Source: a virus
Taxonomy: Duplodnaviria > Caudoviricetes
DNA length: 24,094 bases
Strand: one strand, 5' to 3'
Virus record (IMG/VR): IMGVR_UViG_3300017716_002789
Coordinates: 1 to 24,094 of that record
The notes under the pieces were generated by a model. The model was given only the letters and a program-made list of their open reading frames with translations, had not been told where the DNA came from and ran no database searches. Below are positions 23,395 to 24,094 of the stretch, one piece after another; the stretch's first letter is position 1, and every line of letters begins with the position of its first letter. The translations under genes were made by a program, and so were the position numbers.

Positions 23395-24020
23395 CAGCCG
23401 GCCTCCCGCTCTTCTGCCTCCCCTTCCGCCAGGGCCTGGGCCACTTCGGCCTGGACATCGGCGTCGTCTTCATCGGGATCGATGCCGTCCGCGACCTGAC
23501 CAGACGCGATCTGCGCCGCCAGATCCGCGAAGGCCCGTTCGATTTCATCTTCCAGCTGGGCCACGATGGCCCGGGCGTCCCGGTTCGCCGCCAGCCATTC
23601 GGCCTGCGACCGCACCACGGACAGCATCCGCTCGCGCGCCACCCGTCCGAACTCCGACGCACGCCGTGCGTATTCCTCGAGCGGCACCAGGTCACCGGCC
23701 CGCCGCGCGTTCTCCAGCTGCAGCTTCTCGGTCTGCTGACGGATCAGATCCGTCCGCACATCCGCCAGGCTGCCGCCGGCCGCCGGGGCCGAGGTCGGTG
23801 CCGGCGGCAAATCTCCAGCAGGCTGAACCCCGCCCTTAGTCGGACGGCCCCGCGCCGGGTCAATCTTCGCGTTCAGACGCGCCTCGGTCCGCGCGACGTC
23901 GATCTTCACCTTCGTCGGATCCGCTGGATCCTCCGCCATCACCAGGAGCGAGGCCTTAGCCCAGTTCGAAACCGCCGACTTGCCCACCCCTCGGTGAACC
24001 GCAAACTCGCTTTTGCTCAT
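23394..24020 (-). CDS. terS: terminase small subunit (Nu1-like winged HTH); start ATG 24020 or TTG 24047
   Basis: SKSEFAVHRGVGKSAVSNW HTH, ENARRAGDLVP coiled-coil motif, TGATG coupling to terL. Confidence 0.85.
   Translation of the reverse strand: MSKSEFAVHRGVGKSAVSNWAKASLLVMAEDPADPTKVKIDVARTEARLNAKIDPARGRPTKGGVQPAGDLPPAPTSAPAAGGSLADVRTDLIRQQTEKLQLENARRAGDLVPLEEYARRASEFGRVARERMLSVVRSQAEWLAANRDARAIVAQLEDEIERAFADLAAQIASGQVADGIDPDEDDADVQAEVAQALAEGEAEEREAG
23657..23671. repeat. dispersed dyad motif, copy 4 (inside terS)
   Basis: CG-ACGCAC-GCC-GTGCGT-AT. Confidence 0.85.
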
Positions 24021-24094
24021 GAGCCGGGGCGAGTTCACGGGGTTCAAAATCCTATTCAGGGCCTAAGCGTTTTAAGTTTGCGTTTATTCTCCTC

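Noticed and set aside
8885-23671. Dyad motif interpreted as CRISPR repeats or IS/MITE ends
   Set aside because: Copies are 2.5-6.4 kb apart and only 15-21 bp long, with no spacer periodicity, no target-site duplications, and no cas or transposase gene.
24030-24094. LexA (GTTC-N7-GTTC) or CtrA (TTAA-N7-TTAA) site upstream of terS
   Set aside because: Spacings do not fit (GTTC-N5-GTTC; TTAA-N5-TTAG). The short TGAAC repeats could belong to a terminase-binding/cos region, but the context lies outside the window.

Overview
The window is the late (morphogenesis and lysis) operon of a GC-rich, lambda-like siphovirus or prophage, probably from an alphaproteobacterial host. The host assignment is inferred from gene families only. 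Almost everything is on the minus strand. From right to left: terS, GpA-type terL, gpW, lambda-type portal, fused prohead protease/major capsid, DUF2190, head-tail connector, tail terminator, tail tube, gpG/gpGT chaperones with a -1 frameshift, DUF6441-like protein, tape measure, tail tip genes, a repeat-containing fibre, two putative extra receptor-binding proteins, two 3-TM holin-like genes, an endolysin with a YkuD-like His/Cys motif, embedded Rz/Rz1 spanins, and a T5 A1-like gene that runs off the left edge and is missing from the ORF track. A higBA toxin-antitoxin module with three operator-like dyads sits in antisense inside the lysis cassette. The most unexpected signal is a 15-bp dyad, ACGCAC-G(C/G)C-GTGCGT, found four times across about 15 kb: twice intergenic and twice inside genes in different reading frames. 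Family assignments come from motif recognition and synteny; no database search was run.
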